DNA from: an uncultured bacterium
Lineage (GTDB): Bacteria; Chloroflexota; UBA5177; JANWHV01
Length of the DNA stretch: 64,000 bases
Assembly (NCBI GenBank): GCA_963729625.1
Contig: CAVSOU010000014.1
Coordinates: 96,001-160,000 of the forward strand
Direction: 5' to 3'
Shown here: in pieces, positions 38,002 to 48,299 of the stretch
How the letters are laid out: each line of letters begins with the position of its first letter
Position numbering within the stretch: the stretch's first letter is position 1
Notes under the pieces: model-generated
Seen by the model: only the letters and a program-made list of their open reading frames with translations
What the model was told of the DNA's origin: nothing
Databases searched by the model: none
Program-made: the position numbers and the translations under genes

Positions 38002-40974
38002 CTAGCGTGGCTCCACGAAGGTGGTTATCGAGTTGTTCCCAGAGTCGGCCACGTGTGCCTGACCGGTCATGTCGACCACGACCGAGACAGGCTTGGAGAA
38101 CTGCGCTCCTCCCCAGGCGAAGAGGGGCTTGCCGGCACTGCTATACACCAGCATACGCGCTCCTACAGGATCCGGCACGAAGACACGGCCGGATGTGTCG
38201 ACTGCGATCTGCGGCTCGTCATAACCGCCTTGCCACGACGTTACCTGGAACGACGAGACATATTGACCGGTGCCGGAAAACTGCTGCACCCGAGCATTCC
38301 AATAGTCGGCGACAAACAAGTGGCCGGAAGCATCGACCGCGACGCTGCTCGGCTCGTTCAGTTGGCCCGGTGCGCTGCCTGGCTGGCCGATCGATCGCAG
38401 GAATCTGCCGGTGGCATCGAATACCTGGATGCGCTTGTGACCGGTATCCGCCACATAGACGGTGCCGTCAGACCCCACCGCGATACCTCGCGGCCCGTAG
38501 AAGTCGTCGTTCTTCAGATTCGTCTGTTCGAGGTTCTGCTGGCCCCACTTACGGATGAAGGCGCCGGTTGGCGAAAACTCCTGGACACGTCCGTTCCACG
38601 TGTCAGTCACATAGACGTTGCCATTCGGCGCCACGGCGACGCCGCCGATGCCCGGAGCATACTTACCGTTGAATTCGCCATCCGCGTCGCCCGCCTTACC
38701 CCATTTGCGCAGTACTGCGCCAGCCGGAGAGAGTTCGACGATCTGCCGTGCCGTCGAGTCGCCAACATACGTGTCGCCCTTCGCGTCCAGCGCGACCGGC
38801 CCGACGCTGCTAAAGGAGGTCGCTGAAGCGTTGAGCGTGGCAACTGGACTCAAAGCCTTGGTCAGATTCGCAAACGGGTTCTGTGCCGCGATGGTCTGCT
38901 CCTGCTGCTGTGCCTGGGCTTGCAAGGCGGGCGAGAGGTATTGCGTGTCTTGCTTGCTCACCAGAAACCAGAAGATCACCTGGTTCCCGTCGCCATCCCA
39001 CGCGTGTGGCGAGAAGGGTTTCCGCTGGATCTCCCACTGCATGATGCGGGACCACGTAGATGGTGAGACCAGATCTTTCAGAAAGTATCCGGCCCGGGTT
39101 GTGATCGGAAGCAGTGCGCCGGTGTTCAGATCGCGTCGCTCAGCATACGTCTTGTATTCTTCCGGATTCCACCAGCGAAGCGTCTCATGGAACGCGACGT
39201 AGCGGCCCAAGAGCGTGTTCTTTAGCGTCTGATAGTTGGCGTCGCTCACAAGCAACACTGGCTGCGTGGGAGATCCGTAGTCGGAGGCCTTCGTGGGATA
39301 TGCATCGGTCGTGAACCTGCCCCCATCGCGCAAATAGAAGACCCATGGCCACTCGTCCTCATTGTCGACCTGCACGTGCAGCGTCCCGTTCAAATGGCTC
39401 TGGATGTTGTCCATCTCGTTGACGACCTTTGGCACGTCCGGCGACGTCTGAACGTACACCATGTACTCGACAGGGCTTGCTCCATTGACGTACGCGAGTG
39501 TAAAGGCGTTGTGAGTGCTGAACAGCGCGCACACAACCGCGGCGACAATCGATAGCACGCGCACCCAGCGACGCAACGCTGTGACCGCGGCTACCAAGCC
39601 GATCGCCGCCAGCACGCTGAGCGGCACCACCAGGTGAAGCGCGTTCCACGGCATCTTTTCCGAGGTCCAGCCGTAGATCAGGAATGAGGCAACCGTCCAG
39701 GACAGGATCAAGATAGAGGCGAAGTCGCGCAGCTTTCGCACGACATACACGGCGCCCACGATCCCGAACAGCGTGACGAGCCACTCGTAGGCGGGGATGA
39801 GGAACAGGTAGTAGTACCATGGCTGGCCGCCTCGCGCCACGGGCTGTTGTGCTTGCCAGTATTGGAGACCGCCGAAAAGGCCGTCCGTGCTGTAGGTAAA
39901 CGGCTTGGATGCCTGGCCCGGTATGTCCAGCGTCGTGGCAACCTTGTTCGATCCCGGAATGAACGCCCACGAAGGGGGATCGCCGATCGGCCAGTAGAGC
40001 AACAGGAACAGGGCGACGAAGGGGAGTATGGCTAGGGCCCAGGCAGTCCAGGGAGTAGCTCGAACAGCATCGGTCACCAGCCCGCTGCGGCTGCTCGTCG
40101 CCACTGCATACACGACGAAGGCGCCGACAAGTGCCGCACCGGCCACCGAGATAAACAGGTGGTTTACGCCGATGCCGGCAAGGATGACGACAAATCCCGC
40201 TGCCGGAACGACAAGCTCATATCCGCGAACAATCTCGATCGCGATCATTATGGCCATGAACGCGCCCAGCATGGCCAAATTGAGGTAGATACTTTCCTTC
40301 GCCGCGTACGCCATGCCGGTGGATACTCCGAACAAGTAAAGCCACCGATAGTGATAGCGGCTGCCGTCCGCGTAGTCCGCGATGTAGCGAATCATCGTCG
40401 CCACCATCAGGAACGTGAACAGTGCGAACTGCATGTCTTCGCGCGCGAATCGCGAGAAATACAGTGTCGTAGGCGAGATGGCGAGCATACCCATCAGGGC
40501 AAACACCGGCCAGCGTCCAAGCTGGCGTCGCAACAGCCAGGGCGCTGCTACGAGGGCCGTACCCGCGGTCACCGACCAGAGGCGTGCAGAGAACGGACTG
40601 GACCCGAATATCCAATAGAAGAAAGCCATCATGTGGAATTGCAGCGGTCCGTGCATCATCGGATCATAGTGATATTCGGGGTTCGACCGTCCCATCAGAT
40701 ACCATGAATACGTTGCGTGCAGGCTCTCGTCGTGGTGGAGCGGTCGATCGCCGAGCCAGATCAGGCGGAGGGTCAGTGACGCAATGACCATGCCAACCAT
40801 GATGAGCATATCCGCGTCGACTCGAATGGCCGGAAACGCGCGCGCGAATACATTTGCTCGCGAATCCGTTGTTGACTCAGAAGGATGGTCTCCGAGACGC
40901 GGCCTGGCCGCTTCGATGGAAATCCCGGCAGAAGCGGAGGCACTCCCCGCCCCGCCGGCCGATGTACCGCTCAT
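38002..40974 (-). CDS. TIGR03663/Agl23-like GT-C membrane protein fused to a C-terminal NHL beta-propeller
   Basis: LG.RPLHHDESLHA, YDPMMHGP.QF, YFSRFARED, RGGQPWYYY, EKMPW, VYVQT. NHL repeats (F.GPRGIAV..DGTVYVADTG..RIQVF). Confidence 0.85.
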   Translation of the reverse strand: MSGTSAGGAGSASASAGISIEAARPRLGDHPSESTTDSRANVFARAFPAIRVDADMLIMVGMVIASLTLRLIWLGDRPLHHDESLHATYSWYLMGRSNPEYHYDPMMHGPLQFHMMAFFYWIFGSSPFSARLWSVTAGTALVAAPWLLRRQLGRWPVFALMGMLAISPTTLYFSRFAREDMQFALFTFLMVATMIRYIADYADGSRYHYRWLYLFGVSTGMAYAAKESIYLNLAMLGAFMAIMIAIEIVRGYELVVPAAGFVVILAGIGVNHLFISVAGAALVGAFVVYAVATSSRSGLVTDAVRATPWTAWALAILPFVALFLLLYWPIGDPPSWAFIPGSNKVATTLDIPGQASKPFTYSTDGLFGGLQYWQAQQPVARGGQPWYYYLFLIPAYEWLVTLFGIVGAVYVVRKLRDFASILILSWTVASFLIYGWTSEKMPWNALHLVVPLSVLAAIGLVAAVTALRRWVRVLSIVAAVVCALFSTHNAFTLAYVNGASPVEYMVYVQTSPDVPKVVNEMDNIQSHLNGTLHVQVDNEDEWPWVFYLRDGGRFTTDAYPTKASDYGSPTQPVLLVSDANYQTLKNTLLGRYVAFHETLRWWNPEEYKTYAERRDLNTGALLPITTRAGYFLKDLVSPSTWSRIMQWEIQRKPFSPHAWDGDGNQVIFWFLVSKQDTQYLSPALQAQAQQQEQTIAAQNPFANLTKALSPVATLNASATSFSSVGPVALDAKGDTYVGDSTARQIVELSPAGAVLRKWGKAGDADGEFNGKYAPGIGGVAVAPNGNVYVTDTWNGRVQEFSPTGAFIRKWGQQNLEQTNLKNDDFYGPRGIAVGSDGTVYVADTGHKRIQVFDATGRFLRSIGQPGSAPGQLNEPSSVAVDASGHLFVADYWNARVQQFSGTGQYVSSFQVTSWQGGYDEPQIAVDTSGRVFVPDPVGARMLVYSSAGKPLFAWGGAQFSKPVSVVVDMTGQAHVADSGNNSITTFVEPR

Positions 40975-41179
40975 GAGGGACCCTTCCGAGCTCGAACTGA
41001 AACCTTAAACGCGCTACAACACCAGCATACGCGGTGGAGATGGATCCAGTACAAGCCCACTATGCCATATCGTCCACAACGAGTCACTGAACCGATAGCA
41101 CTATGAAGCCGGCTCAGGCGCCCAGCGCGGATAGATCAACCGGCGGCCTTGAAGGCCTGCGGAATTAGCGGAGGATGCT

Positions 41180-41830
41180 ATGCGTACCGTGACGAGCCTA
41201 AAGCCCGCGCGCGGCCGCCCAGGCTACGTGTATGTCGCGGTTGACGGCACCGCGTTGGGTTGCGTGAGCGCTCAAGACACGGAGGCACTCGGTATTGTGT
41301 CAGGGGCCCAGCTGGACGAGGCGCTCGCCTCGCGGCTCGAGCTGCTCGCCGGACGCGCGGAGGCCCTGCGGGTCGCGAACCGGTTCATCGCGTTTCGACC
41401 GCGCAGCGTGAGCGAGGTGCGGCAGCGACTCCGACGGGCTGGAATCGATGGTGGAATCGTCGAGTCGGCGCTGGAGTCGCTCATCGCCGACGGCCTGCTG
41501 GATGACAAACGGTTCGCGGATGCATGGGTGGAGAATCGTGCTGCATTCAGCCCGCGGTCGCCACGACTCCTTCAAATGGAGCTTCGGCGAAAGGGCGTCG
41601 ACAGGGAGACAGTAGACGAGAGTATGGAGCAGGCGAGCGGATCGGACGAGACAGCGCTTGCCGTCGAAACGGGCCGCCGGCGACTGCATAAATACCGACA
41701 GACTGACCGCCGAGAGTTCGATCGGGCGCTCGGATCGTTCCTGGCGCGTCGTGGATTCAGTGCTGACGCGACCCGCGGCGCCCTGGAAACGCTGTGGTCA
41801 GAGCGATCGGGCGACGGTGGTTCCTTGTAG
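41180..41830 (+). CDS. recX: Regulatory protein RecX
   Basis: RPRS.SEVRQRL, GLLDD.RFA..WV..R, EL.RKGV, FLARRGF. RBS GGAGG. Confidence 0.9.
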   Translation: MRTVTSLKPARGRPGYVYVAVDGTALGCVSAQDTEALGIVSGAQLDEALASRLELLAGRAEALRVANRFIAFRPRSVSEVRQRLRRAGIDGGIVESALESLIADGLLDDKRFADAWVENRAAFSPRSPRLLQMELRRKGVDRETVDESMEQASGSDETALAVETGRRRLHKYRQTDRREFDRALGSFLARRGFSADATRGALETLWSERSGDGGSL

Positions 41831-41944
41831 GTAGTCCAACCCGTGTGGGACACTTGAGGCATGCATCGCGCTCGGACGATGATGCGCCGACCGGCCGCCG
41901 CTGTCTTGCCTGCGCCGGCAGGACCTGTGAAGGACATACAGCAC

Positions 41945-42973
41945 GTGATTATCATCCTGAAGATCGGGACGCCAGAGAACCAGCGCAACCATGTCATCGA
42001 ACGCTTGCAAGAGCTCGGCTTTGGGACCAATGTGTCGGGTACCGAGCACACGGTCATCGGCGCGATCGGAGTTCCGGAGGAAGCCAAGGCCCGGCTGGCA
42101 GAGAATCTCGCGGCACTCGAGTACGTCGAGCAGGTCATACCTGTAACGTCGAAGTTCAAGCTTGCCAGCCGGCAGTTCCAACGGGAGCCTACGGTTGTTC
42201 GCCTGGGCAGAGTCGAAGTGGGCGGCAAGCGCGTGATCGTGATGGCCGGCCCGTGCTCGGTTGAGTCGCGCGAGCAGCTCTTTGCGACCGCCGAGGCGGT
42301 TTCGGCTTCCGGCGCTACAGTCTTGCGCGGCGGTGCATTCAAGCCGCGAACATCCCCGTACGAGTTCCAGGGACACGGTGAGGACGGGCTGAAGCTGCTG
42401 CTAGAGGCTGGCGAACAGTATGGGCTCGCCGTGATCACCGAGGTGGTCGATCCGCACGACGTCGAGCTCGTCTCTCGCTACGCCCAGTGCTTGCAGATCG
42501 GCGCGCGCAACATGCAGAACTATGTCCTCTTGCGCGAGGTGGGCCGGGGCTCGACACCGGTGTTACTCAAACGGGGTGGAATGTATCCGACCATCGAAAA
42601 CTGGCTCCTCGCGGCCGAGTACGTCTTGCAGGGCGGAAACCGGCAGGTGATTCTGTGCGAGAGGGGGCTGCCCGTGGCGGGCGATGTTTCGCTGCGCCGA
42701 AATCTGCTTGACCTTACTGCGGTGCCGATCGTTCGTGAGCTGTCGCACTTGCCCATCGTGGTCGATCCGAGCCATGGGACCGGGCGCCAAGGCCTGATCA
42801 GCGTGATGTCGAAAGGCGCCATAGCGGTTGGAGCAGATGGGCTGATCGTCGAGGTTCATCCGCGTCCAGAAGAGGCATGGTCGGACGGGCCGCAGTCGTT
42901 GAGGCCGGATGCCTTTGCTCAGATGATGCGTGAGCTTCCCGCCTTTGCTGCCGCGGCGGGCCGTACTCTCTAG
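41945..42973 (+). CDS. aroF: 3-deoxy-7-phosphoheptulonate synthase (type I-beta with N-terminal regulatory domain)
   Basis: MAGPCSVES, LRGGAFKPRTSPY.FQG, QIGARNMQN, ILCERG, VDPSHGTG, SDGPQSL. GTG start inferred. Confidence 0.95.
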   Translation: MIIILKIGTPENQRNHVIERLQELGFGTNVSGTEHTVIGAIGVPEEAKARLAENLAALEYVEQVIPVTSKFKLASRQFQREPTVVRLGRVEVGGKRVIVMAGPCSVESREQLFATAEAVSASGATVLRGGAFKPRTSPYEFQGHGEDGLKLLLEAGEQYGLAVITEVVDPHDVELVSRYAQCLQIGARNMQNYVLLREVGRGSTPVLLKRGGMYPTIENWLLAAEYVLQGGNRQVILCERGLPVAGDVSLRRNLLDLTAVPIVRELSHLPIVVDPSHGTGRQGLISVMSKGAIAVGADGLIVEVHPRPEEAWSDGPQSLRPDAFAQMMRELPAFAAAAGRTL

Positions 42974-42975
42974 AT

Positions 42976-44706
42976 ATGCATCCCAGCGCAGAACCGCAAG
43001 TCATGGTACCGCCTCGGAGGCGGTTTCGGCTGTTTCCGCAGGCGGGCCTGCGGCTGGAGGCCGGCGCCGACGATGCTGTCCAGGGAGCTGCGGTCGCTTC
43101 GCGAACGTTTCCCTCCGCTCAAGTTTTCTTCTTTGCCTTGACCTGCGTGGTCGTGTTCGGTGTTGTCGCGGTCGTGTACTTTGCCAGCCTGACGAACAAT
43201 CTGAGCGTCGAAGGCGACAACGCGATTTATATGATTCTGGCCAAAGCCATGAACGCGGGCCACGGTTACACCAATATACAAGGACCAACGCCGCGCATCG
43301 AAGCGCAATACCCGCCGCTTTTCCCGATCATGCTGGTGCCCATCGTTCGCGTGTTTGGCGTCGGCGGCGTGCTGCAGATGCAAGCATTGGTAACGTGCTT
43401 CGCGCTGGCGTCGTTCGCAGTGGGATTGGTCCTCTTCAAGCGATGGACGGAGAGCGCGCTCCTTTCCCTTGCGATCATGCTCGCGACCGCTGAGTCCGAC
43501 CTCGTGTGGTCGTTTTCACACAAGGTCCTGACAGAGATTCCCTATCTCTTCGTCACGCTATTGACCTGCCTGCTGCTAACGCTGTACGGGCATGAAACAC
43601 GTTGGCGCACGTGGACGGGACTATCGGTCGTCCTTGCCGCCGGCGCAGTGTTTCTGACGAGGACGGTCGGGGTGAGCATGTGCGTTGCCGTGCCGGCATA
43701 TCTGGTGCTGGCGCCGCCACTTCGTCACCGTCACGACTGGGACCTGCGCATTCGGAAGGCGATCGCGACGACTGTCGGGATCGCCGTCCTGGCCGGAGCC
43801 TGGACGCTGAGAAACAGGGCTGTCTACTCCGGTCAGGGACACAACTACATCGGCCAGTTCTTGCTTAAGGAGGCCTACGTACCCGACAACGGCAAAGTGA
43901 CGTCCAACGAGCTTGTTACCCGCATGGCTGACAACGCGGCCTACTACGCCGACCAGTTTCAACGCACGCTGCTGGGCCACGAATGGGACAGGATGACTAC
44001 GGCTCCCCTTGTGTCGCACGTGCTGCTTGCGTGCGCGATCGTTGGCTTCGCCGTTGCACTGTGGCGACAGCGCACCGTGGCCGAGTTCTACGTGGCCGGC
44101 TACAGCCTGATTGTCCTTCTTTGGCCGTGGCAGGATCTCCGCTTCGCGGTCCCCATCATGCCGTTTATCTTCTACTACATGGCCATGGCCCTACACGCAG
44201 CAGTGTTCTTCGCGTCTCGCCTGCGCCACCTCGACCCAAGGGTTGTAGCCGCACTCGTGCTCATCCCGCTTACCATTCCTACCGGAGCGCATACGGTGCA
44301 CATCGCGCGAGACGACCGTGCGGCAGGCTACCACTATCAGAGCGACAAGTTGGGAGAATGGGTAGCGTACCCGGACTGGCAAGACTTCCACGCCGCAGCC
44401 ATGTGGCTGAAGGTTCACGCTATTCCCGGCAGCACCGTGATCAATCGTAGCCCGAATATCTTCTACCTATGGACCGGTTTGGCGTCGAGGAATTATCCGT
44501 ACACGTTCAATGAGTGGAGCGTCATGCAGGACGTTAGCGCGGAACATGTCGACTACATGCTGCTTGACGATTTCAGCTGGACCTACACGACAAACGTCTA
44601 CATGAGGCCGGTCGTTAAGCGCTATCCCGATCGCTTCGTGCTTTTGCACCGATTCCGCGGCGCGGCAGTCTATGCCGTCGTCCATAGCACGCCTGCCGGA
44701 AGCTAA
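42976..44706 (+). CDS. Membrane glycosyltransferase (ArnT/PMT GT-C-like)
   Basis: EGDNAIY..LAK.M..G.GY, YPPLFP, VLTEIPYL, LTRTVG, W..RN, RF.VP..PF. Multiple TM helices. Confidence 0.75.
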   Translation: MHPSAEPQVMVPPRRRFRLFPQAGLRLEAGADDAVQGAAVASRTFPSAQVFFFALTCVVVFGVVAVVYFASLTNNLSVEGDNAIYMILAKAMNAGHGYTNIQGPTPRIEAQYPPLFPIMLVPIVRVFGVGGVLQMQALVTCFALASFAVGLVLFKRWTESALLSLAIMLATAESDLVWSFSHKVLTEIPYLFVTLLTCLLLTLYGHETRWRTWTGLSVVLAAGAVFLTRTVGVSMCVAVPAYLVLAPPLRHRHDWDLRIRKAIATTVGIAVLAGAWTLRNRAVYSGQGHNYIGQFLLKEAYVPDNGKVTSNELVTRMADNAAYYADQFQRTLLGHEWDRMTTAPLVSHVLLACAIVGFAVALWRQRTVAEFYVAGYSLIVLLWPWQDLRFAVPIMPFIFYYMAMALHAAVFFASRLRHLDPRVVAALVLIPLTIPTGAHTVHIARDDRAAGYHYQSDKLGEWVAYPDWQDFHAAAMWLKVHAIPGSTVINRSPNIFYLWTGLASRNYPYTFNEWSVMQDVSAEHVDYMLLDDFSWTYTTNVYMRPVVKRYPDRFVLLHRFRGAAVYAVVHSTPAGS

Positions 44707-44816
44707 GCGGGCTCCAGGCCAGTCGGCGTTGTCTCGCGCGTTGACTGCACAGTCACAGACGCACCAGGGAAGACCCGATTGTGTATCCTCAATGAGTAGT
44801 CTGAGGAGAGTCCTGG

Positions 44817-45254
44817 ATGTTCCCGCACGACGACGGTGGGCCGGGTCCGGCTCCTGGCGCGCCACTTCGCGTCCTGGTGGCCAAGCCTGGGCTCGACGGG
44901 CACGATCGAGGTGCGAAGGTGATTGCGCATGCCCTGAAGGACGCCGGGATGGAAGTGATCTATACTGGGCTGCGGCAGACTCCTGAGCAGATCGTCAATG
45001 CCGCGATTCAGGAAGATGTGTCCGTCATATGCTTGAGCATACTGTCGGGAGCGCACATGACGCTCCTGCCCAAGATAGTTGATCTGCTACGGCAGCGCGA
45101 CGCAGCGGACATGCTCATGCTCGCGGGCGGCACTATCCCCGACGCAGATATCCCCAAACTCAAGGCGGCCGGGATCGCCGAAATATTCACGCCCGGGACC
45201 GACACGCGCGATGTCGTCGCCTTCATCAAGAATCACGCGCACGCGCCGGTCTAG
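44817..45254 (+). CDS. Cobalamin-binding domain protein (acyl-CoA mutase small subunit)
   Basis: [20 protein letters not shown] (DxHxxG), [24 protein letters not shown]. Confidence 0.93.
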   Translation: MFPHDDGGPGPAPGAPLRVLVAKPGLDGHDRGAKVIAHALKDAGMEVIYTGLRQTPEQIVNAAIQEDVSVICLSILSGAHMTLLPKIVDLLRQRDAADMLMLAGGTIPDADIPKLKAAGIAEIFTPGTDTRDVVAFIKNHAHAPV

Positions 45255-45448
45255 CACGTCAACCGCGGCATTGTCCGCGGTGACCCGCCCTGGAAGGCCG
45301 GGCTTTGGCAATGCAGCTCGGCCGGCGCCCTGGGCCACAGTCGGCCAATCGAATGTGATACGGGCGGCCCGAGGATACGCCGGAAGTTGCGCCGCCTGCG
45401 TGTTGAGCGGTATCGAGCCAGTGCCTCAGGCGTGAAGGAGGATGCAGC

Positions 45449-47176
45449 ATGCAGAACGCACAGATCGCGGCAGCGCTCAATGAGATTGCTGCCCTGCTGG
45501 AGATGTCCGGCGATAACGTCTTCAGGATCCGCGCATACCAGAGGGCGGCTGAGACTATCGAGAATCTCAGCGGACCGGTTGACGCCGTTCTCGAGCGCGA
45601 CCCCCACGGTATTCCCGGCATCGGCAGCGGCATTGCCGAACACATCCGGGAGATCGTGGAAACCGGTACGACGAAGCTGACCGCCGAGCTCCATCAACGA
45701 TTCCCCCCGAGTGTCGTCGCGCTGATGAAAGTTCCTGGAGTCGGACCCAAGCTCGCGGCAAGGGTCTACCAGGAATTGGGCGTCAAAGACCTCGCGATGC
45801 TCGAGGCAGCCGCGGCGGACGGCCGCTTGGCCGGGCTCTCGAGGGTCGGCTCCAAGACAGCGGCGAGTATCCATCGAAACATCGAGGCTTTCAAGCGCCG
45901 TGGCGGGCGTACGCCGCTTGGCGTGGCTCGCCCGCTCGCCGCGGCGATTGTCGATGCGCTCAATACCGGCGGAGCGGTGCAACGGTTGACCGTGGCGGGC
46001 AGCCTGCGGCGATTTCAGGAGACTATCGGCGACATCGATCTTGTGGGAGTATCGGACCGGCCGAAGGACGCCATGGACCTGCTCGTCTCGCTCCCGGAGG
46101 TAGATCGGGTGCTGGGTCACGGCCTGACGAAGACGAGCGTCATCCTGCGCGGGGGGATCCAGCTCGACTTGCGCCTGGTCGAGCCCCGAGATTTCGGATC
46201 GCTGCTGCAACACTTCACTGGCAGCGCGCAACATAACATTCTACTGCGCGAGTACGCGGTAGCGCGCGGGCTCAAAGTGAGCGAGTACGGTGTTGAGGAA
46301 GTGACGACCGGTATCGTGCGCCATTTCGACGACGAGATCGGTGTCTACGACGCGCTTGGGCTGCAGTTCATCCCTGTGGAGCTTCGCCAGGGGCGAGACG
46401 AGATTCGCCTCGCGGCGAGAGGAGCCCTGCCGGCACTCGTGGAGCCCGAGGACATCCAGGGAGACCTTCATATTCATACAGTTTGGAGCGACGGCGTCGC
46501 CACTATCGAGGATATGGTGCGGGCGGCGATTGCGCGGGACTATCGGTACATGGCGATTTCGGATCATTCCGGCGGCCTCGGTGTGGCACACGGCCTGAGC
46601 CCCGACAGGCTGCGCAATCAGGCGGCTGAGATATCGGAAGTCGCAGCGCGATACCCGCAAATACACATTCTCACGGCTTCTGAAGTCGATATTCGCGCGG
46701 ACGGCAGCATGGACTTCCCTGATGACGTGCTTGCCGGACTCGATATCGTGATTGGCTCCATTCACTCGGCAATGAGCCAGACGTCCGAGGACGCGACCAA
46801 ACGCTTGCTTCGTGCGATCGAGAACCCGCATGTTGACGTGATTGGCCATCCGACGACGCGAATCGTGGGGGGGCGTGAAGGCGTGCCGATCGATCGCGAG
46901 GCAGTCTTCAATGCCGCGTCGCGTACGGAGACGGCGCTGGAAATCAACGCGAATCCGTCTCGGCTCGACCTCGGGGATGCGGACGCGCGCCAGGCGATTG
47001 CTGCCGGGGCCAAGCTCATCATCAACACAGACGCCCATGTCCAGAGCAATCTCGACTACATGGAACTGGGAGTGCGGACTGCCCGCAGAGCAGGCGCACA
47101 GCATGGCGATGTACGGAACACGGCGTCGTTCGACGAATTGAAGGCCTGGCTGGAACGCCGGCAAACGCGTAGCTGA
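45449..47176 (+). CDS. polX: DNA polymerase X with PHP domain
   Basis: AGSLRR..ETIGDID, HFTGS..HN, GDLHIHT.WSDG, SDHS, GHPT.R, EINA...RLDL, NTDAH. Confidence 0.96.
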   Translation: MQNAQIAAALNEIAALLEMSGDNVFRIRAYQRAAETIENLSGPVDAVLERDPHGIPGIGSGIAEHIREIVETGTTKLTAELHQRFPPSVVALMKVPGVGPKLAARVYQELGVKDLAMLEAAAADGRLAGLSRVGSKTAASIHRNIEAFKRRGGRTPLGVARPLAAAIVDALNTGGAVQRLTVAGSLRRFQETIGDIDLVGVSDRPKDAMDLLVSLPEVDRVLGHGLTKTSVILRGGIQLDLRLVEPRDFGSLLQHFTGSAQHNILLREYAVARGLKVSEYGVEEVTTGIVRHFDDEIGVYDALGLQFIPVELRQGRDEIRLAARGALPALVEPEDIQGDLHIHTVWSDGVATIEDMVRAAIARDYRYMAISDHSGGLGVAHGLSPDRLRNQAAEISEVAARYPQIHILTASEVDIRADGSMDFPDDVLAGLDIVIGSIHSAMSQTSEDATKRLLRAIENPHVDVIGHPTTRIVGGREGVPIDREAVFNAASRTETALEINANPSRLDLGDADARQAIAAGAKLIINTDAHVQSNLDYMELGVRTARRAGAQHGDVRNTASFDELKAWLERRQTRS

Positions 47177-47218
47177 CGGTGTGCTAGACTGGGAGTCGAA
47201 GCAAAAGGGAGTATCAAG

Positions 47219-47509
47219 ATGGCAACTTCGTCGCCGAGGGCAGCGCTAGCGATAGTGATTCCCCTGGTTATTGTTGCAGTGGGCGCGGTACAACTGAGGC
47301 GTCACGGCCCGGCCGGCGCCTCGGAGGCGGGCGCAAAGGTGGCGACCAGGGCGGCTACTGTCGTGAAGCAGAAGGTCACGCCGAAGAAGCATAAACCGAA
47401 GAGTTACGCGCGGTACTTTGTGATCAGCTTGCTGATACGGGCGCTCGAGCACGAGCGCTCACGCAAAGCCGTGGTCGGCGGCCTGAAGATAGCGCTCAGG
47501 CGCGCATAG
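47219..47509 (+). CDS. Small basic membrane-anchored hypothetical protein
   Basis: RBS AAGGGAG, N-terminal TM segment, upstream TGCTAGACT -10-like element. Confidence 0.6.
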   Translation: MATSSPRAALAIVIPLVIVAVGAVQLRRHGPAGASEAGAKVATRAATVVKQKVTPKKHKPKSYARYFVISLLIRALEHERSRKAVVGGLKIALRRA

Positions 47510-47643
47510 GGCGGCCGGTCCGACAGCGCGGCGCCCACTTGTCCACTGTCTTCGGGTGCGACAGCGGCAATTGCTCGGGCAACGCGACTGCTTATCCCGT
47601 TGTCTCATTGTTCGACCGGGATGTCGAGGTCTATAATTCAGCC

Positions 47644-48273
47644 GTGCGTATCGAACAGATTCCTGCAAGCTGGCAACGGGAGCTTGTTTCTCCGGCGTAC
47701 ATAGGTGGACCCGTCGTCACACTGCGACACATCTCCCTTGGTTTCAGTCGGGAGGAGGTCCTTCGCCAATTCCGTTGGGGCCAGGACGAGGAGCTTCAGT
47801 ACTGGAGTGGGAGCGTTCCAAGCGCGACGACACTCCTACAATTTGAAGCGGACGTGGCAACGTGGTCCCGCAACCGCGATGCGCGGCGCGACCGCTACGC
47901 GATTCTCGACGGCAGCGACCAGTTCCTTGGCATGGTGAGCTACTACAACTTGAATTTTGAGCAGCTCAATGCTGAGCTCGGCATCTACATCGGGGAGCGC
48001 GAATACTGGAGCAAGGGGATCGGCACCGAGGCCGTGCTGACGTTGCTGTCGCACTTGTTCAGAAACACCGATCTCGAATCAATGTACCTTACAACGTACG
48101 CATCTAACGTCCGGGCTCAGGCCTGTTATCGCAAGTGCGGCTTTGAAGTTACCGGTACGATGCGAAAGTTCAGTGGCCGCATTGGCTACTATGTGGACGT
48201 CCAGATGCGGACCACGCGCGCGTCGTTTCTCAACCGCTTTGGCCGGCGTCCGCTAACGGTTTACGGGCGATAA
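47644..48273 (+). CDS. GNAT acetyltransferase (RimJ/RimL family)
   Basis: AELGIYIGEREYWSKGIGTEA, N.RA.ACY.KCGF. GTG start inferred 6 nt after TATAAT. Confidence 0.85.
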   Translation: MRIEQIPASWQRELVSPAYIGGPVVTLRHISLGFSREEVLRQFRWGQDEELQYWSGSVPSATTLLQFEADVATWSRNRDARRDRYAILDGSDQFLGMVSYYNLNFEQLNAELGIYIGEREYWSKGIGTEAVLTLLSHLFRNTDLESMYLTTYASNVRAQACYRKCGFEVTGTMRKFSGRIGYYVDVQMRTTRASFLNRFGRRPLTVYGR

Positions 48274-48299
48274 TTGAGTTCTTGCGGTTGGGGAGCACT

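Noticed and set aside
41103-41168. 21-codon ORF before recX as a recA 3' remnant
   Set aside because: No resemblance to RecA C-terminal sequence and too short to support.
44707-44816. Cobalamin riboswitch upstream of the B12-binding gene
   Set aside because: Only 110 nt, and no B12-box or other conserved cobalamin riboswitch elements recognisable.
45255-45448. SRP/6S-type ncRNA in the gap before polX
   Set aside because: No SRP domain IV motif (TCAGG..GGAA..AGCAG) and no long 6S-like rod with a central bubble was evident.
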